The notes beneath the pieces were generated by a model that made no database searches, was not told the origin of the DNA, and was given only the letters and a program-made list of their open reading frames with translations. DNA of 64,000 nt from Sminthopsis crassicaudata (lineage: Eukaryota): contig NC_133617.1 in the NCBI RefSeq assembly GCF_048593235.1, forward strand, positions 699,898,958 to 699,962,957, given 5' to 3'. The position numbers and the translations under genes were made by a program. Shown here piece by piece: positions 39,701 to 50,800 of this stretch; the stretch's first letter is position 1, and each line of letters begins with the position of its first letter.

Positions 39701-42700
39701 ATAACATTCATTTACCATAATACCGTTCTCCAATTGATGGACATCCACTCAGTTTCCAGTTTCCAGCCACTACAAAAAAGGGCTGCCACAAACATTTTGG
39801 CACATACAGGTCCTTTTCCCTTCTTTAGTATTTCCTTGGGATATAAGCCCAGTAGTAGCACTGCTGGGTCAAAGGGTATGCACAGTTTGATAACTTTTGG
39901 GGCATAGTTCCAAATTACTCTCCAGAATGGCCGGATTCTTTCACAACTCCACCAACAATGTATCAGTGTCCCAATTTTCCCACTTCCCCTCCAACATTCA
40001 TCATTATTATTTCCTGTCATCTTAGCCAATCTGACAGGTGTGTAGTGGTATCTCAGAGTTGTCTTAATTTGCATTTCTCTGATCAGTAGTGATTTGGAAC
40101 ACTCTTTCATATGAGTGGAAATAGTTTCAATTTCATCATCTAAAAATTGTCTGTTCATATCCTTTGACCATTTATCAATTGGAGAATGGCTTGATTTCTT
40201 ATAGAGTCAATTCTCTGTATATTTTGGAGATGAGGCCTTAATCAGAACCTTTAACTAAAAATGTTTTCCCAATTTGTTACTTCCTTTTTAATCTTGTTTG
40301 CATTAGTTTTGTTTGTACAAAAGCTTTTTAATTTGATGTAAACAAAATCTTCTATTTTGTGATCAATAATGATCTCTAGTTCTCCTCTGGTCATAAATTC
40401 CTTGCTCCTCCACAGGTCTGATAGGTAAACTATCCTATGTTCCTCTAATCTATTTATGATCTCATTCTTTATGCCTAAATTATGGACCCATTTTGATCTT
40501 ATCTTGGTATATGGTGTTAAGTGTGGATCCATGTCAGGCCTATTTCTAACCAAAATTGAAGAGTAGGCCAGGTTATTTTTCCGTTTTTATTTCTGCTTTA
40601 CAGGAATCCTCTTTTATTCAATACCCTTTGGCTATTCTGGAGGGGTTTTCCTCCAAACAACTGTATATCAATTTAGCATAACTGATTCCATTTTAAGTTT
40701 CTGTTTTGTGATTGAGATGTTCTGAATAAGTATTTTGCTACTGGAAGTGCTTTTCTATGCTGTAGATTGTTTTTCAATATTAAGATAAATACTTGTATGA
40801 TATACTTTGGTCAACATCATGTGTCTAAAAACAACTAATAAACCAGGAGTTTATTATACACTTCAACAACAATACTATATGATGATCAATTCTGATGGAC
40901 GTGGCCATCCTCAACAATGAGATGAACCAAATCAGTTCCATTTGTTCAATGATGAAGAGAACCAGCTACACCCAGAGAAAGAACTATGGGAAATGAGCGT
41001 GAACCACAACATAGCGTTTCCACTCCTGTTTTTGTCCGCTTGCATTTTTGATTTCCTTCTCAGGTTAATTTTACCTTATTTCTAAGTCTGATTTTTCTTA
41101 TGCAGCAAAATAACTGTATGGATATGTATACATATATTGTGTTTAACATATACTTTAACATATTTAACATATGCCTGCCATCTAGGGGAGAGGATGGGGG
41201 AATGAGGGGAAAAGTTGGAACAGAAGGTTTTGCAAGTGTCAGTACTGAAAAATTACCCATGCATAGATCTTGTAAATAAAAAGCTGTAATTTAAAAAAAA
41301 AGGAAGAAAAAGGAAAAAAAAAAAAAAAAAACTAACACTATGTAAGCCTTCAAATACAATCATTAATAAAATTATTCAACTATGTAAAAAATAAAATTAA
41401 AATGGTCATTAATTTTCTATGGCTAAAAATATTTTCTGTTTAATTATGCCAGCTTTCTTCCTTAAGCATTTGCAATTTTCATTAAAAGAATGTGTTTTAA
41501 TACAGAATTTGCCACTAATCCATGTGCTGACCCATCTTCTATGTCCTATGTCAAAACAATGAAGACTTTATAAACCTACCTCAAAAAGTAATGGAAAAAA
41601 GCCACAGACAAGATTATAAACATATTTATGTTTATACAACATATATATATATATATATATATATTAAAGACAAACATGAAGACAATCAGAAAACTGAAAT
41701 CAATGTGAGCCCTGGGTTACAATAATAGCCCACAGGCATGCAAACAGTAGAACCAACTTTTTTTCTGGCATCATTAAAGGAAGGTATTCAATGAATTTTT
41801 CAGCTCTCTCACTCCTTAAACATATTATTGAAACAAAGTATTGAAAATAATTTGGCTTTTTCTTTTTTTGTCTTGTTTTTATTTTTATTGATAAGACATG
41901 ATGCTTGCCAAAGGAGTCTGACACTGTGGGAAAGGAGATCTTATGCAGTGGGGAAGTCCTCCAGATGCCACAGTTTGTAGAAGGCGAGATGGCTTTATCA
42001 AGCCCTAAAACAATGCAAAGTCTCCTGGAAGAGATCTGCAACTGCTCCACACAACAAAGACCAAGCACAGAAAGAAAGTCTATTGCTGAGATCGGGGCTC
42101 TTAGGGCCTCTTAGCAGACTGGCAAAACCCTCTCTCCTCTCATACCTAAGCTCTGGCCTAGGCCTATCAATTTTACCTTTGCATCATCTCTCAAATATGC
42201 TTCTTTCTAGTTTCTGACACTGCCCCCATCCTGGTGCAGGCCCTTACCCCTGACCTGGTTTGCTGCAATAGCTACTGGTGGCTCCGCCAGCCTCAGGTCT
42301 CTGCCCATTCATCCTCCACTGGTCCTCGTACAAGTCTATTACTCCTTTTCTCCCCCATTCACTAAGCCCCAGTGGCTCCTGTTCCCTCCAGGATCAAACA
42401 TGGAGCCTTGTTTGGCTTTTAAAGCCCTTCCTGCTCCTCCAGTTTGAAATCCAGTGGCTCTGGCATCTTTGCTGTTCCTCATGAGATGCTCCCCACTTGA
42501 GACTTGGTATATTTTCACCTGTGAGTGGATTCTCTTCCCCTTGTGTCTATTCCCGGCTTCAACTCTCAGCTAAAATCCCAACTTTACTGATTAGGGGCTA
42601 GTTATATAAATGTGATCTATTACTTCATTTTCCTCAATTATAAAATGAAGTTAGTAGCACCTATTGCCCAGGGGTATTGTGAAGATCAAATGAGATAATT

Positions 42701-45700
42701 TTTGTAAAGTGCTTATCACAGTGCCTGGCACTTAGTAGGGGCTATAGAAATGTTTTCTTTAAAATGGGGAAAAATACTAAGGCTTTTGTGCAAACAAGAT
42801 AGTAAAAATAATTTAAGAATGAATGAATAAATGAATTTTTAAATACTCTCCCCTCTTTAGACTCAAAGAACCCTAAATCCTCAAAGATGAATGTGTTGTA
42901 GTAGAGAGAACACTAGATTTAGAGTCAGAGGACCCAGCCTTGAACTCTAGGGAATCAGTTAACTTTTGTGCACCTCAATTTCTTCATCAGTAAAATGAGG
43001 GGATTGCTAAGTTCCTTCTTTCTTTCTTTAAATCCTACCTTACATCCAGACTTGATGCAGAAATATTTTCCCAACTTGTAAAAAACAAAGGAGAATGGAA
43101 ACAGCAGGGACAAGCAGGTGATTGTGACTTGGATTGCTGAGATAACGGAAGCATCACTAAAGGGATGTTGTGGAGAAATTAGACAAGAAAGCAGTGATGA
43201 CAAAGAATGTGTCATGTGAAAACAGAAGAAAGGTTAGACATCAGCAAAGCCCCATCATCCTGAGTGGATGAAAGGACCCCTGACCAGAGAAGTCCTTGAT
43301 GACTTCTTGACAACTTGTTGGGAGATGCCCAGGGCCTCACATTTTTACCAACTTGAACAAAATAAAATTCAAGTTGCAAAGAGGTAGATTTAGGTTTTGT
43401 TTCCCAGCAATCAGAACCAGCCCCATGTGGAATGGATGGCCACTGCATGCAAAGGCTAAACAGCCCCTGGTCCGAGGAGGGGCGGCAGTCAGGGTTCGCC
43501 TTCCCAAATGGGCTGGACAAATAATAGAGGACCCTTCCAACTCTCAGACTCTGATTCTGTTTCTGGGGACGACACGCGGGGCAGCAGGAAAGGCCCTGGC
43601 CTCGGCCTAGCACTGGTTCCTCCTAGCCACCTCCCTAGGCCTTAGTGTGATGATCTGTAATGAGAGGTTTGAGCCAGATGAGCTACAAGATTTTTTTCCT
43701 ACTTTAAAATGACAGAATTTTCGGCTCTTGTTTGAAAGATTTCAAAGTGCTCTAAAAAGAGCAGCTAGCAGTTATATAGCACTTTGCAAAGGGCTTTACA
43801 TATGCCATTCCATGTATGTCCACAACCACCCTGGGAGGCAGATGCTGTCATTATTCCAATTTTACAGATGAAGAAACTGAGGTAAAGTAGCTTTGCCAGG
43901 TTCACACAACTTGTAAGTGCCTGAGGCTGAACTTGAACTCAGACTTCCTGACTCCAGGCTCAGCATTCTATGCCCTGTGCAGCCTCCACGCTGCCTGGAA
44001 TAGCTTAAGGAAGAGAAAGGTAGTTCTTAGCACCATCATTTTCTGATGAGAAATACAGAGAAACTGAGAACTCTCTTACGTGAACTCTTCCTCACTAGAG
44101 GCTTCCTCCTTGACGCTGGGATGGCTTTCGGATTTCTTTTTTGCCTTGGCTCCCACCTTCTTTGACGCACCGACGGAGGGCCCCCCAGGGCTACTGCTCC
44201 TTTTCTTCCTTTTCCCACCTGGGACTCTGGGGACACGGACATTCTTTGGCTTCTCATCTTCAAATACATCTGTTTGAAGGAGGAAGAAGGTAAAGGTGCA
44301 GCAGGGGAAGGACAATCCAAGTGCTGCCCCAAATTCTCTCTCACTTTTCCCTGCCCATCACTGTTTCCACAGCCACAATCCCGATCCAAAGCCTCGTCTT
44401 GTGCACAAGCGTTGGACTGTGAGCTCCTTGAGGACAGAGACTGTCATTGCCTCCCTGTGTCCCAACACTGAACACAGAGCCTGGCACATAGTAGGTGTTC
44501 TTAATGTTTACGGAACTGGGAAAATAGCCTGAATCCCATTTCCCTGGCATGGGAATGATTACCAAACGTACCTAACATCTGTAAAAAGTGCTTAGCACAG
44601 TGCCTGGAACATAGGAGGTGCTTTACAAATACTTATTCCTTTCTCTTAATTAACTTCACTCTGAATTGACTCCATTCTCCAAACTCCCTTTTCCGTACTG
44701 TTGAAGCCCAGTTTTCAGCACCTGCCCTTTCTCCCTTAGCTCTCGGTCAATTAGTTGTCAACGCTCGTGAATTTTACTTCCACAGCCTCTCTCACACCAT
44801 CATCCTTCCCCAGCCACCACCTTAGTTTAGGGTCTCCCATTCCTTATTCGGATTACTCCTGAGCTGATCTCCCTGATCCTGGTATCTCTCTGCTCTAATC
44901 TATTCTCTCTCTATAACTGCCAAATGGTCTTTGGTGTGAGCAGGTCAGGAGAGAGAGTTGACTTCTCTACTCTAGAATCTGCAATGGCTCCCTAGTGCTT
45001 CTAAGATAAAACACAACAACTTCAGCTTGGCCTTAAAACCCTTCCCAGACCGGCATCACCCCCCCCCCCCCCGGTGGTCTTGGTTTTTGTCAAAGTGATC
45101 CCCCTGTTGTTCCCTAATCTCAGAACTCTGAGTCTCCCTCTCACCTCTCCCAGGATCTCTCCCCGGGCTCGGAAGGAAAGCCCTTCTTGACTGCTCTCCT
45201 CAGTTTCCTCAGATTAGGCGACATTTGAGTCTATAGCATTGGCCCCCCCAAGGGCGGGGCTGTATTTTTTCCTGTAGTTGTATGCATGATTAGTGCCGGC
45301 TGAATGGAGACTTGTTAAAAGAATAAGTTTGAAAAACATCCTGGGAATCAGGATTTCTGGGCTCTATTCTGGGATCCAGTCCCAAGCCTCCAGACTAGTT
45401 AGTGTTGTTTCAATTTTTCCATCTCGAGAATGGGACGATACCTCATGCAGAGGTGTCAACTCTACTTTGAGTAGCAAAAGTGACCCCTGTGTATGCGCAG
45501 TGTCCGTCTCCGTGCTCTGGAGATGGGCCTGGAGGTGTAGAAAAGTGTTCCCTGTGACGGTTCCAAGGACCAGAAGTCCCCCTGCTACAAAGCCGTTATC
45601 AACCAAGTATGCAAACACTTAAAAAAAGGACGTTAATGTATTGGTCAACCTGCCATCGGGGAGGGGGGGGGGAAGGGAGGGGAAAAGTTGGAACAAAAGG

Positions 45701-47535
45701 TTTTGCAATTGTCAATGCTGGAAAATTACTCATTCATACAATTTTTATAAATAAATAGATTTTTTTAAAAAGGATGTTAGAAAGGGCAGAAAAATCTTGA
45801 GCAGTGCTCCTCAAACTTTTTAAGTAGGGGCCAGTTCACTGTCCCTTAGACTGTTGGAGGGCCAGACTATAGTAAAAACAAAAGCTCACACTCTGCCTCC
45901 GCCCCCCCCAAACGTCCTCAGTGGCTGCATCTGGCCCGAGGGCCATAGTTTGAGAACCCCTGATCTAGAGAACTGGGAAGAAAGCAGAGGCATCTTACAG
46001 GCCCAATTTATAATGAACACAGACTGGGAGCTTTAATTTGTATCTTTTCACTGGCTCCTTGTGAGCTGCCCCAAAATGCCTCCTGACCCTGAGCCTTTGT
46101 TGCACTGAGAGGGACGAGGATGAGGTCAGGAAAAGCCCCGGTTCAGCAGCAGCCTCCTGCAGCCCCGCCTGGAGCAGCTCTGCTCTCTCTCACACATCCC
46201 GCCGGACTCTGACTCGTTCACTCTGTGTGCGGTGCACGCACGCACGGGGACTGCTGCCCGAGCATCCGCAGCAGGCAGACCTCAGGAAACCGACGCTGAA
46301 ATCTACAACTGCTCCAGGATGCTGCAGAACTTAAGCGTCTTTGGGGCTGGGCCTGCGCCAATGTCTGCTCAGTGACCCTTTTGTTTATTAAAAACTGAAT
46401 TGGAAAGAAACCTGGCATTCTCCTGTGGGGTCAAGGTTCAAGCTCTGGCTTGAAACACTTGCTCTGGGGCCAGAGGCAACCAAGTTTACAGCTGCACCCC
46501 TGTTTTCTCACCTACATGCACACACATATGTGCACACCAATATAAAATATAGGTAACAGCTTGGATTTCTTATCAGAGCTGTCACTATAGATAGAATCAT
46601 TAAGTAAAAATCTCAAGGGGCCCAGTTGAAGCTTTGCAATGCAACACAAACTTAAGCTGGAGTCGCGGTCTCGGAGGATGCAGAAAGTGACGCGCTGTGG
46701 GCCAACCCTTCAGAGAACCAGGAATCAGGCTGTACCCCACCCACCCTCAGTTTCCATAAATAACGACCTCTTCCATACCCCCCCCCTGCAAAACTAATTT
46801 TGCTTATATAAAGATAAAGTGGTTGTTGCTCTGTCTCCAAGCATTTCAATGGCTCTTATGCACCAAAGTCCAGATCCCCAGCCTAGAATTCCCGTCCCTG
46901 ACCGGATCCGGTACTTCACTACTTTCCCGGTACTTCTCACTACTTTCGATTTATTTCACCCTGCGCTCCTCCTACTCTCCGCCCCCTCCAAAGGGACTTT
47001 CTAGGCTTTTCCCAGCTCGGTCTATAACTTATCTCCAAAGGCCGCTACGCGTTATCGTCTCCCTCGTCCAGTCTCAGGCTGCAAAAACCTCGCCGCCTTC
47101 CTGGTGGATGGCGCTTTTGGAAACGAGCCTTCCTTACTCTGAGGCGGCACGTGGCCTTTCAGCTCTCCCTCACATGTTATTTTGAATAAGTGAACCACTG
47201 ATCCCGGGCCATCGCTGCGCCGGACCCAAAATTCAGGGTGAAGAGGCATTTAAAAGGGACACTGGAGGGTGGGTGCATGCCAGGCGCGGGGAGCAGCCCA
47301 GGCAAAGGCTCTGAGGCGGGAGCCGGAGCTGCCAGATTTATCCCAGATTCCCGGGGGGAGGAGGAGGGTCCTGCCTGGACCCGCCCCCGCCAGTTATATA
47401 TCCGAGCCTAGGGGACGCCCCGCCCAGTCCGACCTGACCACGCCCCTGCTCACCGAGCTCCGCCTCCTGGGTCCGGGACTTCTTGGGGCGCCCCCGGCCC
47501 GGCTGCTCCTCGCAGGCCGCCCGCTTTCGAGCCAT
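24519..47535 (-). CDS. XPC: XPC DNA-damage recognition factor, complete 16-exon CDS, 2766 nt, 921 aa
   Basis: Exons listed below; frame continuous; conserved DWEEV acidic motif, Rad4 transglutaminase-like region, BHD1-3, centrin-binding WKLLxxGLL, C-terminal HLFPFEKL. Confidence 0.98.
25542..25631 (-). CDS. XPC: XPC exon 15
   Basis: acag|[30 protein letters not shown]|gtaaac. Confidence 0.97.
25970..26098 (-). mobile_element. WSINE1-like SINE next to a C17 run (25953-25969)
   Basis: Reverse complement reads gggggcagctaggtggcgcagtggatagagcaccagccctgaattcaggagaaccaagttcaaatctggtctcag. Confidence 0.9.
27193..27286 (-). CDS. XPC: XPC exon 14 (GC donor)
   Basis: gcag|[31 protein letters not shown]|gcaagt. 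Confidence 0.95.
27940..28109 (-). CDS. XPC: XPC exon 13
   Basis: gcag|[22 protein letters not shown]...[11 protein letters not shown](V)|gtaagg. Confidence 0.98.
28221..28355 (-). CDS. XPC: XPC exon 12
   Basis: gcag|[18 protein letters not shown]...[15 protein letters not shown]|gtaagt. Confidence 0.98.
29864..29945 (-). CDS. XPC: XPC exon 11
   Basis: ttag|[27 protein letters not shown]|gtaact. Confidence 0.98.
31079..31239 (-). CDS. XPC: XPC exon 10
   Basis: gcag|[53 protein letters not shown]|gtaaga. Confidence 0.98.
32310..33164 (-). CDS. XPC: XPC exon 9 (855 nt)
   Basis: ccag|GKKKSQD...KVSYREES...DQWLEVFCE...[11 protein letters not shown]...RDVTQRY...WWAETLRPY...KEELE|gtaagc. Confidence 0.97.
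33965..34054 (-). CDS. XPC: XPC exon 8
   Basis: acag|[30 protein letters not shown]|gtggga. Confidence 0.97.
35553..35673 (-). CDS. XPC: XPC exon 7
   Basis: ccag|[40 protein letters not shown]|gtaaga. Confidence 0.97.
35830..35987 (-). CDS. XPC: XPC exon 6
   Basis: atag|[31 protein letters not shown]...LSKLVK(W)|gtatga. Confidence 0.97.
36663..36747 (-). CDS. XPC: XPC exon 5
   Basis: gcag|[28 protein letters not shown]|gtgtga. Confidence 0.97.
37463..37586 (-). CDS. XPC: XPC exon 4
   Basis: gtag|LNEPGPDG...[16 protein letters not shown]|gtaaga. Confidence 0.96.
38174..38245. repeat. ~37-bp tandem duplication
   Basis: gaccagaggatgtggtagggactaaggtatcagaata then gaccagaggatgtgatggggactaaggtatcagaa. 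Confidence 0.9.
38931..39049 (-). CDS. XPC: XPC exon 3
   Basis: gtag|NFASVPKKE...[12 protein letters not shown]|gtaagg. Confidence 0.96.
39181..40533 (-). mobile_element. 5'-truncated L1 (ORF2 C-terminus + 3'UTR) with perfect 14-bp TSD
   Basis: ORF2-like peptide ...[15 protein letters not shown]...[19 protein letters not shown]...; tcaggcctatttct at 39167-39180 and 40534-40547. Confidence 0.95.
40841..41330 (+). mobile_element. L1 3'UTR fragment with poly(A)
   Basis: ...atactatatgatgatcaattctgatggacgtggcc...AATAAA (41275-41280) then A-rich tail. Confidence 0.9.
43370..43560 (+). mobile_element. CR1/L3 (or MIR3) 3' remnant
   Basis: aagttgcaaagaggtagatttagg...gtggaatggatggcc...acccttccaactctcagactctgattctgt. 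Confidence 0.6.
44080..44269 (-). CDS. XPC: XPC exon 2
   Basis: acag|[10 protein letters not shown]...[13 protein letters not shown]...EEASSEEEF|gtaaga. Confidence 0.95.
45636..45766 (+). mobile_element. Short L1 3' end with TSD
   Basis: cctgccatcggggagggggggg...gttggaacaaaaggttttgcaa; aaaaaggacgtta (45623-45635) / aaaaaggatgtta (45767-45779). Confidence 0.85.
45802..45962 (+). mobile_element. Non-autonomous hAT MITE (OposCharlie1/OC1-like), internally deleted, 161 bp
   Basis: TIRs cagtgctcctcaaact / agtttgagaacccctg; 8-bp TSD atcttgag / atctagag. Confidence 0.9.
47454..47535 (-). CDS. XPC: XPC exon 1
   Basis: [30 protein letters not shown]|gtgagc; N-terminus MARKRAA matches XPC. Confidence 0.95.
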
Positions 47536-47839
47536 GCTGCAGGGTCTAGCCTGGGCGCGGAGGCGGGGCCTGACGGGCACCCACCCTCTCCAGCGGCCCA
47601 AGCCACGCCCCCGGCGCCGGTCTCCGCAGACAGACCTGTAGCTTAAGTGAAATCCACGAGGCGAAAGCTAGGAACCGAGAGGAGTGAAGCATTCCTTCCT
47701 TACTTCCGGTGACTGCAACCCTCGTTCTACGCGCCTCCAGGGACATTCGTCATCACGCTCGCTGCCGCTGATTAGCGGTTTGCCACGAGAGCGTGCACAT
47801 CATCTCGCGAGAAGCGGGAAAAAGAACCGGATTTGAAAC

Positions 47840-47860
47840 ATGGCGGACGACGCGGATCAG
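47840..47860 (+). CDS. LSM3: LSM3 exon 1
   Basis: aaacATGG, MADDADQ|gtatgt. Confidence 0.95.
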
Positions 47861-50800
47861 GTATGTTGCTTGAGAGCCTCCCAGTCCCCTGGGCTGTTTC
47901 AATAGGGCTCGGAGGATGCTCTTTGGAGGAACTCTTTGATTTCTCTTCCCGGGGCCCGTCCAATCGTCTCTCCTCGCAACCCTGCGCAGAAATTTCCCAC
48001 TAACGGGGAATCTCACAAAGTCTTGGGCTGAGAATGGAGAAGACCACGCCCTCCCCCGTCTTGCCATTGGCTGACTGAACTGTCAATAACCTTCAGGCCG
48101 GCCAGCCAGAGTTTTCATTGGCTTGTTTTCTGGTCGTTGGTTGGACTACACACTCCTGATACGCGGCTCGGCCCCTGGCTCCCCGTCCCCGCCGGCAGTC
48201 CTTGGGCTAAGGGTCCCGGGAACCCCTCCATGGGACGCCCCGGGGAGTCTCAGTGCCCGCGGGGGCATCTCTCGGGGGGACGGGCTTGCTTTCTTGCTCC
48301 TTGCCTCTTGTCTCGGTCTATTTCTCTGCAGATGCACAGTCCGGGTCTCGGAATGGGAATCCTTGATAACTGTGCTCTTTGACCTCCCTCCTTACGATAA
48401 TAATAGACTTTAAAGTTCATTTTACAAACAGCTCATTTGATCCTCACAACAACCCTGGGAGGTAGGTTCTGTTACCCCATTTTACAGATGAGGACACTCA
48501 AGGCAGGCCCATTTGAAGGTCATCCAGTATCCACAGAATCCTCTCCCCTCCCACCTTCAGGCCCCAGACTTGGCTCGCTTTCGTGTAAGTTTCAGCTTTG
48601 CCTCTGTGCAGCGTCTCTACCTCTTTTGCAAATATCACTCCCTTGGGAAAGTGTGAATTCTGCACAGCAACCCTGAAGTACTACACCCGCACTCTTCTGC
48701 TCCCCTCGCCCCAAACGGCCTTCAGGTGACTGCCTTTGACAGGCTGACTTCTAAGAGAGAACTGAAACGTTATTTTTAATTGAGTCGCCTTGTGTAGCTG
48801 TAGGTCAGGTGGAAAGTATTAAGGGGAGATAGAGATTCCTCAGAGAACAGGTGAGTAGCGTGTTCCGTCACTCCTGGGGGATGCATCATCGCAGTTTTTC
48901 TTTTTAACAGCAACAGACCACCAACACTGTCGAGGAGCCCTTGGATCTCATCCGGCTCAGTCTAGATGAAAGAATTTATGTGAAAATGAGGAATGACCGA
49001 GAACTACGAGGAAGATTGCATGTGAGTTAAATCAAACCGTGGACATGGGAACTTTTCTAATCGTGCTGAAGTTTTTCTGGAGATGGGATTTCGGGGTAAA
49101 AGAAACAGAAGGGATGGTCCTTCTCTCGCTGCAGAAGTGTCGCTGAAGCTAGGTGACTTTCTCGGGCCACAGTTGGAATAAGTTTCTGAGAAGGTTCTTA
49201 AATCGGTCCAAGACCCGCTTTAAAAAAAAACCTTCCACACTGGAGCTCTTCTCGGTAGGATTTGTAGTCTTCTCTACATGTTATAGCGCACTTAGAGTCA
49301 GGGACATCATCTGGTCCATGCGCCCCCGAAGTCACACAGATAATAAGTCACAGAGATAAAATTTGAACCCAGGTTCTCTGATTCCCCTGTATTCCCCGCC
49401 CATAACATTAAACTAGTGTGGGCGTTCTTAGGACCTAGATTTGAATCCTGGATCTATGGATGGTTTGGGGCACGTCACAGAATGTCCTTGGGTTCCATTT
49501 ACCTCACTCATGTCACCTGTAAGAGTAAATTTTAGTTCTAAATCCTGTGGGATGTGAGAATGAGCCAGAAGCCTGTCAGACACTTAGTGAAGGTTTTAGG
49601 GCGGAAGTGTCAAACTGGCAGCCCCCAGAATCCCCCGGTGTAGCAGAGTCACATGAAAATAGATCATATTAGTGTGACCCACAAGGATCCTGTTCTATTT
49701 CATTCTGACACTGCTGGTTTAGGGAACTGTGCTGGGCAAACAGCACCAAATGGTGCCTGCCCTGGGGCCTTCCTTCTGCCGCAGCGCGGACTCCAGCAAT
49801 TATACCTCCGCCTGAAGGGAGGCAGCAAGATCCGGCCTCGGGTCTGCCGTGTCCCCTGCATGTTCTCTTCTCATCTGCCCATGAGTTACTTCCTGTGGCA
49901 GGACTGTTTTCACTCGTCTTTGTATCCTCATGTGTGGCACATAGCAGGCCCTCAAAAGATATTTGATTACTTAAAAGTATTATGGAATATTTGTGGATTA
50001 AGAGAACCACCACACAGGAAGATAGCAGAAAGCACCTCAGGAAAGAATATCTGCTGTAAATGGTGAGAGGCTTTGTCTTTAACAGAAACCTGAGTTTTTT
50101 AATCCTGATTATTTCCCTCACTACTTGTGTAACTTGAGACAAGACCCAGCTTCTCTGGATCCCATTTTCTAGAAGATCCCCCGAGATCCTTTTATAATTC
50201 TAAAATCTGTACATTTACTGAATAAGGAATCTGAAAGATCAGTCAGTTCATAAACATTGATGAAGCACCTACTGTGTGCTAGGCTCTGGCCTGAGCTCTG
50301 GGGACCAAAAAGAGGCAAAACATAATCCCTGCCATCAAGGAACCTGCCGTCTAAATGAGGGAGAAAACAGGCAAACAAATACGCACAAATAAGCTATATA
50401 CAGATTAAATAGGAAGTAAATAAGAGAGAAGATACTAGTATCAAGGGATTGGGAAAGGCTTAGAAGGTAGAAGAAGGGATTTTGGTTGGGACTCAAAGTA
50501 AGCTGGAGGGGTCAGTAATGGAGCACAGGAGGGAGAAAATGCTCAGAGGAGTGTCTTGTTTTGTGGGGCAGCCAGGAGATTGAAGTATGTTGGAAGTACC
50601 GTAAGACTGTATGTAGGAGGGAGCTTGATGATGGAGGGCTTTGAGTGCCAAAAACCGTAAAGAAAGCTGCTGTAAATATTTTTGTACAAATAGGTCCTTT
50701 CCCCTTTTTTTGGATATCTTTATAGACCTAGCAGTGGTATTGCTGGATCAGAGAATATGCACAATTTGGTAACTCTTTGGGTATAGTTCCAAATTACTCC

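Larger units (their letters stand above)
46850..48350. promoter_or_regulatory. CpG island / bidirectional promoter XPC-LSM3 (boundaries approximate)
   Basis: Divergent ATGs at 47535(-) and 47840(+), 304 nt apart; ETS acttccggt 47702-47710; TCTCGCGAGA 47803-47812; GC boxes. Confidence 0.9.

Noticed and set aside
39712-40553. 148-aa and 100-aa ORFs as host genes or active L1
   Set aside because: Frameshifted, 5'-truncated L1 ORF2 remnants; not autonomous.
45293-45622. Overlapping 109-aa and 84-aa ORFs in XPC intron 1
   Set aside because: Non-ATG starts, no recognisable family, no retrogene hallmarks.
47536-47601. In-frame upstream GTG extension of XPC
   Set aside because: Open frames are expected in a CpG island; TSS unknown; the ATG matches the known N-terminus.
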